Of a DNA stretch of 32,000 nucleotides, positions 7,755 to 16,949 are shown in pieces (positions within the stretch are counted from its first letter, which is position 1; every line of letters begins with the position of its first letter). The notes beneath the pieces were generated by a model that worked only from the letters and a program-made list of their open reading frames with translations, did no database searches and was not told where the DNA came from. Origin of the DNA: Aquitalea denitrificans (lineage in GTDB: Bacteria; Pseudomonadota; Gammaproteobacteria; Burkholderiales; Chromobacteriaceae); NCBI RefSeq assembly GCF_009856625.1, contig NZ_CP047241.1, forward strand, positions 1,485,557 through 1,517,556. The letters run 5' to 3'. A program made the position numbers and the translations under genes.

Positions 7755-10748
7755 ATGCGAAAACTAGTCCTGGCCATCAGTATGGCCTTTGGCGCGCTGG
7801 CTGCCTCGGGGGAGGCTGCGCCGCTCTGGAAGAGCAAAGCCTATGATGCGGCCATCATCGAGGCAAGGCAGGGAAATACCCGGCCCGCGCTGCAAATGCT
7901 GGAGCGTGAGGCCGCTCGGGGGCCGCTGACCGAATCCTTGCTCAATGACTACATCACCTTGCTGTGCTGGGATCAGCAATACACCAAGGCCATTCAGCTT
8001 AGCCGGGGTCGGGAGGATGAGCTGCATGCCGATACCCTGCGCCTGCTGGCGGCCAATTTGCGTGGACGCAAGGAGTTTGGCAATGCCAGCCGCCTGTTCG
8101 GCCTGGCGCGGGAGCGTGGTGGCGACATCAGCGCCAGCATCCAGCAGGCCATGAGCACGGCCGAGGGCGGGGAGATCACCCGCGCGCTGGATATCCTCAA
8201 CCAGACTAATCCCATTTCGCGGGAAGATGCGCTGGAGCTGACGCGGGCACGGGCCTATGTGCTGATGCTGCACGGTGATCAGGCGCGTGCGCTGGATTAC
8301 ATCCAGGACAATCTTCAGCGCTATGCCGGCGACCCGGTGCTTGAGCGGCTGAAGCTGGATGTGCTGACCCGGCTGGGCCTGCCGGAACTGGACGACAAGG
8401 CTGCTGCCGGGCTCAGTGAGCAGGATCGTGACAAGATACTCAAGGTTTCCACCATCGAGCTGAACGGCGCCGGAGAATTCACTACCGAAACCTATAAGCG
8501 ACTGATCCCTGCGGCATCGTTCTTCAATAACTACGTGGTTCTGCTCAGCCAGAAGCAGCATCTGGACAGTGCGCTGGAGATTGCGGACAAGAATCCTTCT
8601 TTGCTTACCCGCAAGACGCTGGCGGTGCTGCAGCAGGCGACAGCGACACAAGGCAGCCAGGCGCAGCGTGACAAGGTAAAGCAGTGGATTGACCAGTACT
8701 ACGCCATTGATGCAGAAGATGCCGAAAGCATGTCTGACAGCAGCGAAGTTACTGCAGTCAGCCCGGAGCTGGCCCAGGTGCGGGCGCATGCCGACAGCCT
8801 GCGGCGCGAGGGCGCTTATGCCCAGGCACTGGTCTATCTGGCCAAGTGGCAGCCACAGTATGCCGACGATCCGGTGCTCAATGCCCAATACCGCAGCGTG
8901 CTGGCCACGCTGGAGATGATCGATTCGCAACGCAGTCTGCTGTCGCGCCCGGCCCTGCCGGGACAGGATCCGGCATGGTCGCTGGACCAGCAGCAAGGCC
9001 AGCAGGCAATCGAGTGGGCCAAAGTCCGGGCTGATCTGGATGAAATCCGCGAGATGCAGCAGACGCTGGACAAGGCGCTGGAGCAGAATGCCCGCTGGTT
9101 GAATACCCCAGGGCATACGCCGGCCATGCAGGCCCGTACCATTGATATCCGCCTGCAGCTGTTGCAGCGCCGTGGCCGGTCGGAGGATGCAGTCAGGCTG
9201 TTCGAGCAGAACCCGCAGCTGTCGTACACCGCCAATGGCTATGGTGCAGTGGCAGCCTCCTATCTGGTGCTCAAGCAACCGGAAAAGGCAGCCACCCAGT
9301 TCCAGGCGGCACTGTCGCGGGCAAGGCGCGATGACCCCAAGGTGGAATGGCAGATCGGCCTGGCCTATGCCCAGCTGGAATCCGGCAAGTACAAGGCAGC
9401 CAGCAAGACCATTGCCGATGCCAAGAACGCCACCCCGCGTACCACGGCCGACCCGCTCACCGGCAACCGCCGTTTCAACCCCGATTACATGTCGCTGGCC
9501 TATCACCAGGCCATGATCACTGCCTTCCTGGGCGATGTGAAAGGGGCGCAGGCACAGATGGACAGCTTGCTGGACCAGGCACCGTTTGCCTCGGAAACCC
9601 GCATCGGCATGTCGCAGATTGCCTTGCTGCTGGAATCTCCCACCACCACCAAGGCCATGCTCAAGCGGCTGGCCGTGGATGACGGCCCAGAGAAAAACTG
9701 GGACGTAATGGTGGGACAGGTGGAGGCGGATCTGGCGCGGCAGGACTTCAAGCAGGCCCGTACGATGCTGGACGAGCTGGAAAGCATGCCGGTGGATTCG
9801 GCGGAAAGCCGGCTCAAGCTGAGCGAACAGCAAGAGCAGTACCGTGCTCTGATGGGGCCGGAACTGGTGGTGGAGGCCGGACATGATCTGGGTACCAGCC
9901 AGGGTGCCAGCATGCACAATGCCTACGACTCCCTGACCCGGCTCTATAGCGCCACCTATAACAATTTGCGCGTGTTTGCCCAGCATCAGTTCCAGACTGC
10001 CGACTTTGCCTCCACCACCGGGGTGGGGACAGACAAGGTGCGTTTCGAGACCGCTGGCCTGGGCCTGCAATACCGCAGCCAGTACGGCACCGGTGAAATT
10101 GGCGGCTTCAGTCAACTGGATGGCCACGCCATGCAAGGTGGCTTTGCCGGTTTCGACTGGACGGTAAACGACAACTGGATGCTGGGCTTGCGCTACGAGA
10201 AAAACAGCATGGCCACCCCACTGGAAGCACGCCAGAGCGGTGTCTACGCCAACCTGTTGCTGGGCAAGGTGGAATACAAGCGCGATGACCTTACCACGGT
10301 GGAGTTTGAAGCCTCGCAGATGGATTTCACCGACACCAACCGTCGCCAGGGCTTTGCGCTGACGGTGAACCAGGCCCTGATCAAGGGGCCGATCTATCAG
10401 CTCAACGGCATTCTGGAAGCCAGCACCAACCATAACGACGTGCTGGACAACGCCATCTACTACAGCCCGCACCGCGACCTGGATGTCAGCCTCACCTTGA
10501 TGAACGACATCACGCTATGGCGCTACTACGACAACAGTTTCCACCAACGCATCGGCATCAGCGGTGGGCGCTATTACGAAACGGCCTTCGGCAGCAAGAA
10601 CACCTGGGCCTACACAATCGAACAAGTATGGGATTTCAAAAAGGGGGGGGAGATACGTTACGGCTTCTCACGGTCCATGCACCCGTATGACGGGGTATCC
10701 GATGGCAGCAACCGTATCTATCTCTTCCTGGACTGGAAAATGAAATGA
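7755..10748 (+). CDS. pgaA: Poly-beta-1,6-N-acetyl-D-glucosamine export porin PgaA (TPR-rich periplasmic domain plus C-terminal beta-barrel)
   Basis: 997 aa. Signal peptide MRKLVLAISMAFGALAASGEA. A long helical, TPR-like region is followed by a C-terminal part with alternating aromatic/polar beta-strand pattern (...YTIEQVWDFKKGGEIRYGFSRSMHPY...RIYLFLDWKMK). It is the first gene of a pgaABCD-ordered operon, with an ATGA overlap into pgaB. Confidence 0.85.
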   Translation: MRKLVLAISMAFGALAASGEAAPLWKSKAYDAAIIEARQGNTRPALQMLEREAARGPLTESLLNDYITLLCWDQQYTKAIQLSRGREDELHADTLRLLAANLRGRKEFGNASRLFGLARERGGDISASIQQAMSTAEGGEITRALDILNQTNPISREDALELTRARAYVLMLHGDQARALDYIQDNLQRYAGDPVLERLKLDVLTRLGLPELDDKAAAGLSEQDRDKILKVSTIELNGAGEFTTETYKRLIPAASFFNNYVVLLSQKQHLDSALEIADKNPSLLTRKTLAVLQQATATQGSQAQRDKVKQWIDQYYAIDAEDAESMSDSSEVTAVSPELAQVRAHADSLRREGAYAQALVYLAKWQPQYADDPVLNAQYRSVLATLEMIDSQRSLLSRPALPGQDPAWSLDQQQGQQAIEWAKVRADLDEIREMQQTLDKALEQNARWLNTPGHTPAMQARTIDIRLQLLQRRGRSEDAVRLFEQNPQLSYTANGYGAVAASYLVLKQPEKAATQFQAALSRARRDDPKVEWQIGLAYAQLESGKYKAASKTIADAKNATPRTTADPLTGNRRFNPDYMSLAYHQAMITAFLGDVKGAQAQMDSLLDQAPFASETRIGMSQIALLLESPTTTKAMLKRLAVDDGPEKNWDVMVGQVEADLARQDFKQARTMLDELESMPVDSAESRLKLSEQQEQYRALMGPELVVEAGHDLGTSQGASMHNAYDSLTRLYSATYNNLRVFAQHQFQTADFASTTGVGTDKVRFETAGLGLQYRSQYGTGEIGGFSQLDGHAMQGGFAGFDWTVNDNWMLGLRYEKNSMATPLEARQSGVYANLLLGKVEYKRDDLTTVEFEASQMDFTDTNRRQGFALTVNQALIKGPIYQLNGILEASTNHNDVLDNAIYYSPHRDLDVSLTLMNDITLWRYYDNSFHQRIGISGGRYYETAFGSKNTWAYTIEQVWDFKKGGEIRYGFSRSMHPYDGVSDGSNRIYLFLDWKMK

Positions 10749-12706
10749 AAAACCTGATCCGCACACTACTGGCCGTGCTGAGTCTGCTGCTGTCGCTGCA
10801 CGCCTTTGCCGGCCCGGCAACATCAAAACTGATCATCCTGTGCTACCACGAAGTGGCTGAAGACGCCCTGTCACTATCCGACCCGTATGCGGTGGATGTG
10901 CAGCTGCTGTCCAAGCAATTGGCCTGGATGAAAGGGCAGGGTTACCACTTTGTCAGCGTGGACGACATCCTGGCCGATCGCAACGGCAGCCGTCCCTTGC
11001 CGGAAAAGGCCGTGCTGCTGAGCTTTGATGATGGCTACCAAAGCATGTATAGCAAGGTGTTCCCCATCCTCAAGCAGTTCAAGGCACCGGCTGTCGTGGC
11101 ACTGGTGGGTTCCTGGCTGTACCCGCGTGACGACCAGGAAGTCCAATATGGTGATATCTGGGTACCACGCAGCCGTTTTCTGAGCTGGGACGAAATCAAG
11201 GAAATGAAGGCCAGCGGCCTGATTGAGATCGCCAGCCATTCCTTTGCCATGCACAAGGGCATTACCGCCAACCCGCAGGGTGGCACCGAGCCGGCGTACA
11301 CCAGCCCCGGCTGGGATCAGGGCAAGTACGAAAGCTATGATGCCTACCTGGTGCGTGCCGCAGCCGACATGAAAAAGAACAGCGACTATCTGGCGGAAAA
11401 ACTGGGCGAGCGGCCACGGGTGATGGTGTGGCCATATGGTGCCTATAACTTCCGGGTAACCAAGCTGGCAGCTGATTTGGGCATGCCCATCACCATGAGC
11501 CTGGACGATGGCATCAATACCGGCAAAACCCCGCTGGAAGCCATGCGCCGGGTGCTGATGGATGCGCGCACCAAGATTCCGGAACTGGCCTTCCAGTTTC
11601 ACCAGCTGGAAAAGTTTCCGGACGGGGTAAGGCCGGAATCCAGCCGCATCATGCATGTGGACCTGGACTACATCTACGACCCCAATCCGGTCCAGCAGGA
11701 CAAAAACATCGACGCCCTGCTGGACCGGGTGAAGGCAATGGGCGTGAGCACGGTGTATCTGCAGGCGTTTGCCGATCCCAAGGGAACTGGCGAAGCCGAG
11801 GCGCTGTATTTCCCCAACCGTTACATGCCGATGCGGGCAGACCTGTTCAACCGCGTAGCCTGGTCGCTGGATACCCGTTGCGACGTCAAGGTATACGCCT
11901 GGATGCCGTTGCTGGCATTCAAGCTGCCGGACAGCAACCCGGCTGCTGACAAGCTGGTGCTGGCGGCCTCGCGTGACGGTTCCCCGGCCCAGGTAAAAGG
12001 CTATCGCCGCCTGTCACCGTACTCGGCAGAGGCCCGTGCCACCATCCGCGGCATCTACGAAGACCTGGCGCGTGGCGCGCACTTCCATGGTCTGCTGTTC
12101 CACGATGACGCCACCTTGTCCGACGATGAGGACGTCAGCGCCGACGCCCAGGCCTGGTATCAGCAGCAAGGCCTGCCGCTGAATCCGGTTGAAGCCCGCA
12201 AGGACCCGGCCACCCTGGCGCGCTGGACCAGCGAAAAGATCAAGCGTCTGGATGACTTCAGCCTGGAGTTGGCCGACATCGTCAAAATTTACGAACCAGC
12301 ACTCAAGGTGGTCCGCAATTACTATGCCCCGGTGGTGCTCAACCACGAATCGGAAACCTGGTTTGCCCAGTCCTACGCCAGCGGTTTGCAAAACTACGAC
12401 TTCGTTGCCGTCATGGCCATGCCCTATATGGAAAAGGCCGATCAGCCCAAAAAATGGATGCAGGCGCTGCTGAAGGATGTCAAGGACATCCCGGGGGCGC
12501 TGGACAAGACCGTGTTCGAACTGCAGGCCACCAACTGGAGAACAAACCAGCCGGTGCCGGCCGAAGAATTGGTCGATGTGGTGAATACCCTGCACGAGCA
12601 AGGTGCGCGTCACTTTGCCTACTACCCTGATGACCAGTTTAAGGATCAGCCCAAGCTGTCGGTCATCAAGCGGGTGTTTTCCATGAAATCCAATCCGGCA
12701 GAATAA
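10745..12706 (+). CDS. pgaB: Poly-beta-1,6-GlcNAc N-deacetylase PgaB (CE4 deacetylase plus C-terminal GH-like domain)
   Basis: 653 aa. Signal peptide, then ILCYHEV and LLSFDDGYQS polysaccharide deacetylase motifs. Size and position match PgaB. Confidence 0.9.
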   Translation: MKNLIRTLLAVLSLLLSLHAFAGPATSKLIILCYHEVAEDALSLSDPYAVDVQLLSKQLAWMKGQGYHFVSVDDILADRNGSRPLPEKAVLLSFDDGYQSMYSKVFPILKQFKAPAVVALVGSWLYPRDDQEVQYGDIWVPRSRFLSWDEIKEMKASGLIEIASHSFAMHKGITANPQGGTEPAYTSPGWDQGKYESYDAYLVRAAADMKKNSDYLAEKLGERPRVMVWPYGAYNFRVTKLAADLGMPITMSLDDGINTGKTPLEAMRRVLMDARTKIPELAFQFHQLEKFPDGVRPESSRIMHVDLDYIYDPNPVQQDKNIDALLDRVKAMGVSTVYLQAFADPKGTGEAEALYFPNRYMPMRADLFNRVAWSLDTRCDVKVYAWMPLLAFKLPDSNPAADKLVLAASRDGSPAQVKGYRRLSPYSAEARATIRGIYEDLARGAHFHGLLFHDDATLSDDEDVSADAQAWYQQQGLPLNPVEARKDPATLARWTSEKIKRLDDFSLELADIVKIYEPALKVVRNYYAPVVLNHESETWFAQSYASGLQNYDFVAVMAMPYMEKADQPKKWMQALLKDVKDIPGALDKTVFELQATNWRTNQPVPAEELVDVVNTLHEQGARHFAYYPDDQFKDQPKLSVIKRVFSMKSNPAE

Positions 12707-12715
12707 CAGGAGACC

Positions 12716-13972
12716 ATGATGAACACGCTGATTGCAGTGATTCTGGCCTTCGCCTTCTACTACCCGCTGTTCATGGCCTGGTTGTGGATGCAGGGTGCAG
12801 TGTTTTACTACTGGCATTACGAACGCAAGGACCCGCCGGTATCCCAGCCGCCTGTGCTGGATTACCCGCCGGTTTCGGTCATCATCCCCTGCTACAACGA
12901 GGGAAAGAATGCCCGGGAAACCATAGGCGCAGCGCTGGCGCTGGATTATCCGGATTTCGAAGTGATTGCGGTCAACGACGGCAGCACCGACGATACCGGC
13001 AGCATCCTGAACGAGCTGGCCGCAAGCAACCCGCGCTTGCGCGTGATCCACCAGTCCCCCAACCAGGGCAAGGCGGTGGGGCTGAACACTGCGCTGGCCT
13101 TTTCGCGCAACGAGTACCTGCTGTGCATTGATGGCGATGCGGTACTCGACCCGTACTCGGCCAAATGGTTGCTGCGCCACTTCATCAACTCGCCACGGGT
13201 GGCTGCCGTCACCGGTAACCCGCGCATCCGCAACCGTACCACGCTGCTGGGGAGGCTGCAGGTGGGCGAGTTCACCGCCATCATCGGTCTGATCAAGCGT
13301 GCGCAGCGTTCGTATGGCCGGCTATTCACGGTATCGGGCGTCATCACGGCCTTCCGCAAATCGGCGGTGATCGAAGCTGGCATGTGGAGCGAGGACATGC
13401 TGACCGAAGATATCGATATCAGCTGGAAGCTGCAGCACAAGCACTGGGCAGTGCGTTTCGAGCCGCATGCGCTGGTCTGGATCCTGATGCCGGAAACCAT
13501 CCAGGGCCTGTTCAAGCAGCGGGTGCGCTGGGCCAAGGGCGGCACCCAGGCGCTGATGCGCAATGCCTGGGTATTCACCAGCTGGCGCCACCGCTATATG
13601 TGGCCCATCTACATGGAGTACTTCCTCAGCGTGGTGTGGTCTTACAGCATGGCCTTCGTCATTTGCTACTGGCTGGCCTCCCTGGTGTTGCCCAACATGC
13701 TGCAAACCATCTCCAGTCCCTTCCTGCCGGGCTGGTACGGACTGTTGCTGGGCTATACCTGCCTGACACAGTTTGCCGTGAGCAAGGCGATCGACAGTCA
13801 GTACGACAAGGGCCTGGGCAAGAATTACTACTGGATGATCTGGTATCCGCTGGCGTACTGGTTGCTGAATGTGGTGACCTCGGTGTACGCCTTTCCTCAA
13901 GCCATCATCAGAAAGAAAGGGACACGGGCCCGCTGGACCAGTCCCGATCGGGGAGTACAACATGGAAAGTAG
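12716..13972 (+). CDS. pgaC: Poly-beta-1,6-GlcNAc synthase PgaC (GT2 family)
   Basis: 418 aa. GT2 motifs VSVIIPCYNEG, AVNDGSTD, CIDGDAVL, TEDIDISWK and QRVRWAKGG (QxxRW), with flanking transmembrane helices. AGGAGA lies upstream of the ATG. Confidence 0.93.
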   Translation: MMNTLIAVILAFAFYYPLFMAWLWMQGAVFYYWHYERKDPPVSQPPVLDYPPVSVIIPCYNEGKNARETIGAALALDYPDFEVIAVNDGSTDDTGSILNELAASNPRLRVIHQSPNQGKAVGLNTALAFSRNEYLLCIDGDAVLDPYSAKWLLRHFINSPRVAAVTGNPRIRNRTTLLGRLQVGEFTAIIGLIKRAQRSYGRLFTVSGVITAFRKSAVIEAGMWSEDMLTEDIDISWKLQHKHWAVRFEPHALVWILMPETIQGLFKQRVRWAKGGTQALMRNAWVFTSWRHRYMWPIYMEYFLSVVWSYSMAFVICYWLASLVLPNMLQTISSPFLPGWYGLLLGYTCLTQFAVSKAIDSQYDKGLGKNYYWMIWYPLAYWLLNVVTSVYAFPQAIIRKKGTRARWTSPDRGVQHGK

Positions 13973-14405
13973 CGCAGACAAGCTGATTATCGAAGCACCG
14001 CACTTGCTGACACCACCGCAGCGCTTCTTTTCGTGGTTGCTTACCACGCTGGGTTGGCTGGCGTGGTTCTATCTGTGGCTGCCAGCCTTTCAATGGTGCT
14101 GGAACGTGGTGCAGACCGGGGTGCTGTTTGATACCGAAGGACGTGTTGGCGAGCTGACCACCCTGGGGATTTATACCCTGATTGGGGTCTTTCTGGGCCT
14201 GACGCTGATCGTGTGGGCCATGTCCAGTTACTACAAGTATAAGGGTGTGGACCGACGCAAGAGCCGTGGCGACACCCGGCCGCAGGATGTGGCCGACCAG
14301 CTTGGTATTCCGCTGGAGGTGCTGCAGGCCGGCAAGGACAAGCAGGTCATGGTGGTGCATCATTTGCCGGATGGCGGTGTTTCCCGGATTGAAGCCCTGT
14401 CCTGA
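13962..14405 (+). CDS. pgaD: PGA biosynthesis protein PgaD (small inner-membrane partner of PgaC)
   Basis: 147 aa with two N-terminal hydrophobic helices (FFSWLLTTLGWLAWFYLWLPAF and LGIYTLIGVFLGLTLIVWAM). It overlaps the pgaC end by 11 nt and occupies the fourth operon position. Confidence 0.8.
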   Translation: MESSADKLIIEAPHLLTPPQRFFSWLLTTLGWLAWFYLWLPAFQWCWNVVQTGVLFDTEGRVGELTTLGIYTLIGVFLGLTLIVWAMSSYYKYKGVDRRKSRGDTRPQDVADQLGIPLEVLQAGKDKQVMVVHHLPDGGVSRIEALS

Positions 14406-14430
14406 TCCTGCCTGGATGTGATGTAAAGAA

Positions 14431-14474
14431 ATGCCCTGTCCCGGTTTTGTCCGGGCAGGGCATTCTCTTTTGTA
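14431..14474 (+). terminator. Rho-independent terminator of the pga operon
   Basis: ATGCCCTGTCCCGG (14431-14444), loop TTTTGT, CCGGGCAGGGCAT (14451-14463). The stem is 13 bp with one bulged T and is followed by TCTCTTTTGT. Confidence 0.85.
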
Positions 14475-14725
14475 CACAATAACTTGGCTATCTATTGGCA
14501 ATGCCGACCATTATTTTCGCGGAATGATCAAGATTGCTGTCGGCAGGTAAATACACTAGGCTTATTCCCAGAGGCCAATAATGGTATTGGCGATAATAGC
14601 CTTGCAGCGCTCGCTCAGCCTGATTTGTTTAATTTGTTTCAATCAGCCTGAATAACTGCACGCATCTCCTGCAATCACAGCCATGATTTGCAAGAATAAA
14701 AAATAAAGCCTTCAGGGGAATATTT

Positions 14726-16342
14726 ATGACAGTTGCACGCAGAATCCTGTTTCAAATTCTCATTTCGGTTATTGCCCTGCTGGTTGTGGGTGGTGCCGGC
14801 ATCGTAACCCAGAACAAGTTATCTGCCACGGCCAGCAATTTTGCCGAAAACGATTATCCAAGCATCATCACGCTGGATGAGTTCAACTCGGCAGCAACTG
14901 AAATGCGTCTGGGAGGACTGCAATATGTCACGGCCTATACCAGCAGTGAAAAAGAGCAATTCAGAAGCCGTATTGAGAATGGTTATCGTAAGGCAAAACA
15001 GAATATTGCCGCCTATGAAAAGCTGATCAATGACGATGACGACCGTCGGCTTTATGAAGCGGAAAAGAAAAACCTGGATGATTACTACACCAAGCTGCAG
15101 CCGGTGATGCAAGCCTTTGACCAAGGTGATATGGAGCTGGTCAAGAAAATCCGCAATGCTACGTTGACGCCATCCGGCAAAGTGTTGTCCAAGGGTATTG
15201 ATGACCATATCAAGTACAACAAGGACTACGTGCAGAAGGAAATAGAAGTGACGCATCAGGAAGTGCGCACTTCGCTGATATTGGCCATATCGGTGCTGGT
15301 AGTGGCCATTATCATCTTGATTATCAGCGGTTTGCGCACGTTTGCCGCTGTCACCCGGCCGCTGAATGAACTTAAAAGCACCATGCACGATATCGAGGAC
15401 AAGCTGGATTTCACCCTCCAGGTGAAAGTGCACCATCCGCATGATGAAATCGGCAGCACGGCCACTGCCTTCAACCGACTGATCGGCCGGGTCAACCAAA
15501 GCCTGCGCGAAATCAGCGACAGCTGCCGCCAGGTCACCAGCTACACCACCAGCCTGGCCACGGCTGCCAGACATGTGTCCGATGCCGCCAGCAAGCAGAA
15601 CGAAGCCTCGGCCAGCATTGCCGCCACCATGGAACAGCTGACGGTCAGCATCAACCACGTTGGCAGCCGTGCCGGCAGCACCAGCGAAAAAAGCATCGAG
15701 GCCAGTGGCCTGGCGGATTCCGGCCATACCGTGATTGGCCGTACCGTGACCGACATCCAGTCCATTCACCACACCGTGGGCCATGCGGCGCAATGCATCG
15801 ACGAGCTGGAGCAGCAAAACAGCAAGGTGGCGGCCTCGGTTGGCGACATCAAGGACATCGCCGAACAGACCAATCTGCTGGCGCTCAATGCCGCCATTGA
15901 GGCTGCCCGTGCCGGCGAGCAGGGCCGCGGCTTTGCCGTGGTGGCAGATGAAGTGCGTAAGCTGGCCGAGCGCACCTCGGTGCTGACACGTGAAATTGAC
16001 GAGGTGATCAAGGGCATCACCAATATCTCGCGCCAGAGTGCCGAAGCCATGAGCCAGACCCAAGTAAAGGTGGAAGACGGTGTGCATGGCGCAGATGAGG
16101 CCTTGCAAGCCATCAGCCGTATCGGCAAGGCATCGGGAGATGCGCGTCAGATGGCCGTGGAAATTGCTGATGCCATCCGCGAACAGGCCAGCGCCAGCAA
16201 CAGCATTGCCGCCCAGATCGAACAGATTGCCCAGATGGCGGAGCGTTCCAGTGATGCCGCCGCCGAAACGGCAGAAACCGCCAACCAGCTGGATGCCTCC
16301 GTGGCGGTGATGACCAGTGCAGTAGGGCGTTACCGGCTGTAA
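14726..16342 (+). CDS. Methyl-accepting chemotaxis protein (four-helix-bundle type periplasmic sensor, HAMP, cytoplasmic signalling domain)
   Basis: 538 aa. Two transmembrane segments flank a periplasmic region of about 160 aa. The conserved hairpin tip is [43 protein letters not shown] lies upstream of the ATG. Confidence 0.92.
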   Translation: MTVARRILFQILISVIALLVVGGAGIVTQNKLSATASNFAENDYPSIITLDEFNSAATEMRLGGLQYVTAYTSSEKEQFRSRIENGYRKAKQNIAAYEKLINDDDDRRLYEAEKKNLDDYYTKLQPVMQAFDQGDMELVKKIRNATLTPSGKVLSKGIDDHIKYNKDYVQKEIEVTHQEVRTSLILAISVLVVAIIILIISGLRTFAAVTRPLNELKSTMHDIEDKLDFTLQVKVHHPHDEIGSTATAFNRLIGRVNQSLREISDSCRQVTSYTTSLATAARHVSDAASKQNEASASIAATMEQLTVSINHVGSRAGSTSEKSIEASGLADSGHTVIGRTVTDIQSIHHTVGHAAQCIDELEQQNSKVAASVGDIKDIAEQTNLLALNAAIEAARAGEQGRGFAVVADEVRKLAERTSVLTREIDEVIKGITNISRQSAEAMSQTQVKVEDGVHGADEALQAISRIGKASGDARQMAVEIADAIREQASASNSIAAQIEQIAQMAERSSDAAAETAETANQLDASVAVMTSAVGRYRL

Positions 16343-16368
16343 ACCTCGCCTCGCCCTTTCCGCACCTC

Positions 16369-16396
16369 AAGCCCGGTATGCCGGGCTTTTTTGCGA
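16369..16396 (+). terminator. Rho-independent terminator downstream of the MCP gene
   Basis: AAGCCCGG, loop TATG, CCGGGCTT, followed by TTTTTG. Confidence 0.8.
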
Positions 16397-16451
16397 ATTG
16401 CATCTTGAGCCATGGCATGATGTAGCACCTACGATTACCGGATGCGACACC

Positions 16452-16943
16452 ATGCTTAACCAGGCTTTTGATTACAAGTTATGGGCCGATCAGCGCACGC
16501 TGCTGGCCGCTCGCACGCTGGATGCGGTCGCCCAGCCACAGGCGTTTGCCTTTGTCTGTCAGCAATTCAATCACATGCTTATCGTGGAAGAGCTGTTTCG
16601 CGCGCGGTTGCTGGGCTTGGCCGCACCGCATGCCGCCACCAATACCGCGCAATTGCCAGCGCTGGACGAACTGGAAAACCGCCTTATGGCGTCGGACATC
16701 TGGTTTGCTGACCATATAACCGGTCTTGCGCCTGCCAGTCGTGAACAAATCATCCGCTTTGATTTTGCCGATGGGCAGGCTGGCAGCATGAGCCGGCTGG
16801 AAATCCTGTTCCACATCATCAATCACGGCACTTATCATCGCGGTGCCATCGGCCATGCCCTGGAGAGGGCCGGCGCACCGCGCCCGGCTGATACCTATAC
16901 GCTTTATATTCATGCCGCCGAACCACAGCGCCGCCTGCGCTGA
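16452..16943 (+). CDS. DinB-family (DinB/YfiT-like four-helix bundle) protein
   Basis: MLNQAFDYKLWADQRTLL...FNHMLIVEELFRARL...LFHIINHGTYHRGAIGH shows the His-containing DinB-family pattern. I prefer ATG 16452 (163 aa) over the track start 16398, which is a non-ATG codon lying immediately downstream of the MCP terminator. Confidence 0.75.
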   Translation: MLNQAFDYKLWADQRTLLAARTLDAVAQPQAFAFVCQQFNHMLIVEELFRARLLGLAAPHAATNTAQLPALDELENRLMASDIWFADHITGLAPASREQIIRFDFADGQAGSMSRLEILFHIINHGTYHRGAIGHALERAGAPRPADTYTLYIHAAEPQRRLR

Positions 16944-16949
16944 GCCCGT

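Noticed and set aside
7764-10472. 902-aa ORF antisense to pgaA
   Set aside because: This is a shadow frame of a GC-rich gene. Its composition is dominated by R/G/L/H/Q/A and it has no recognisable motifs. The plus-strand frame has a signal peptide, TPR-like and beta-barrel organisation, and pgaBCD synteny.
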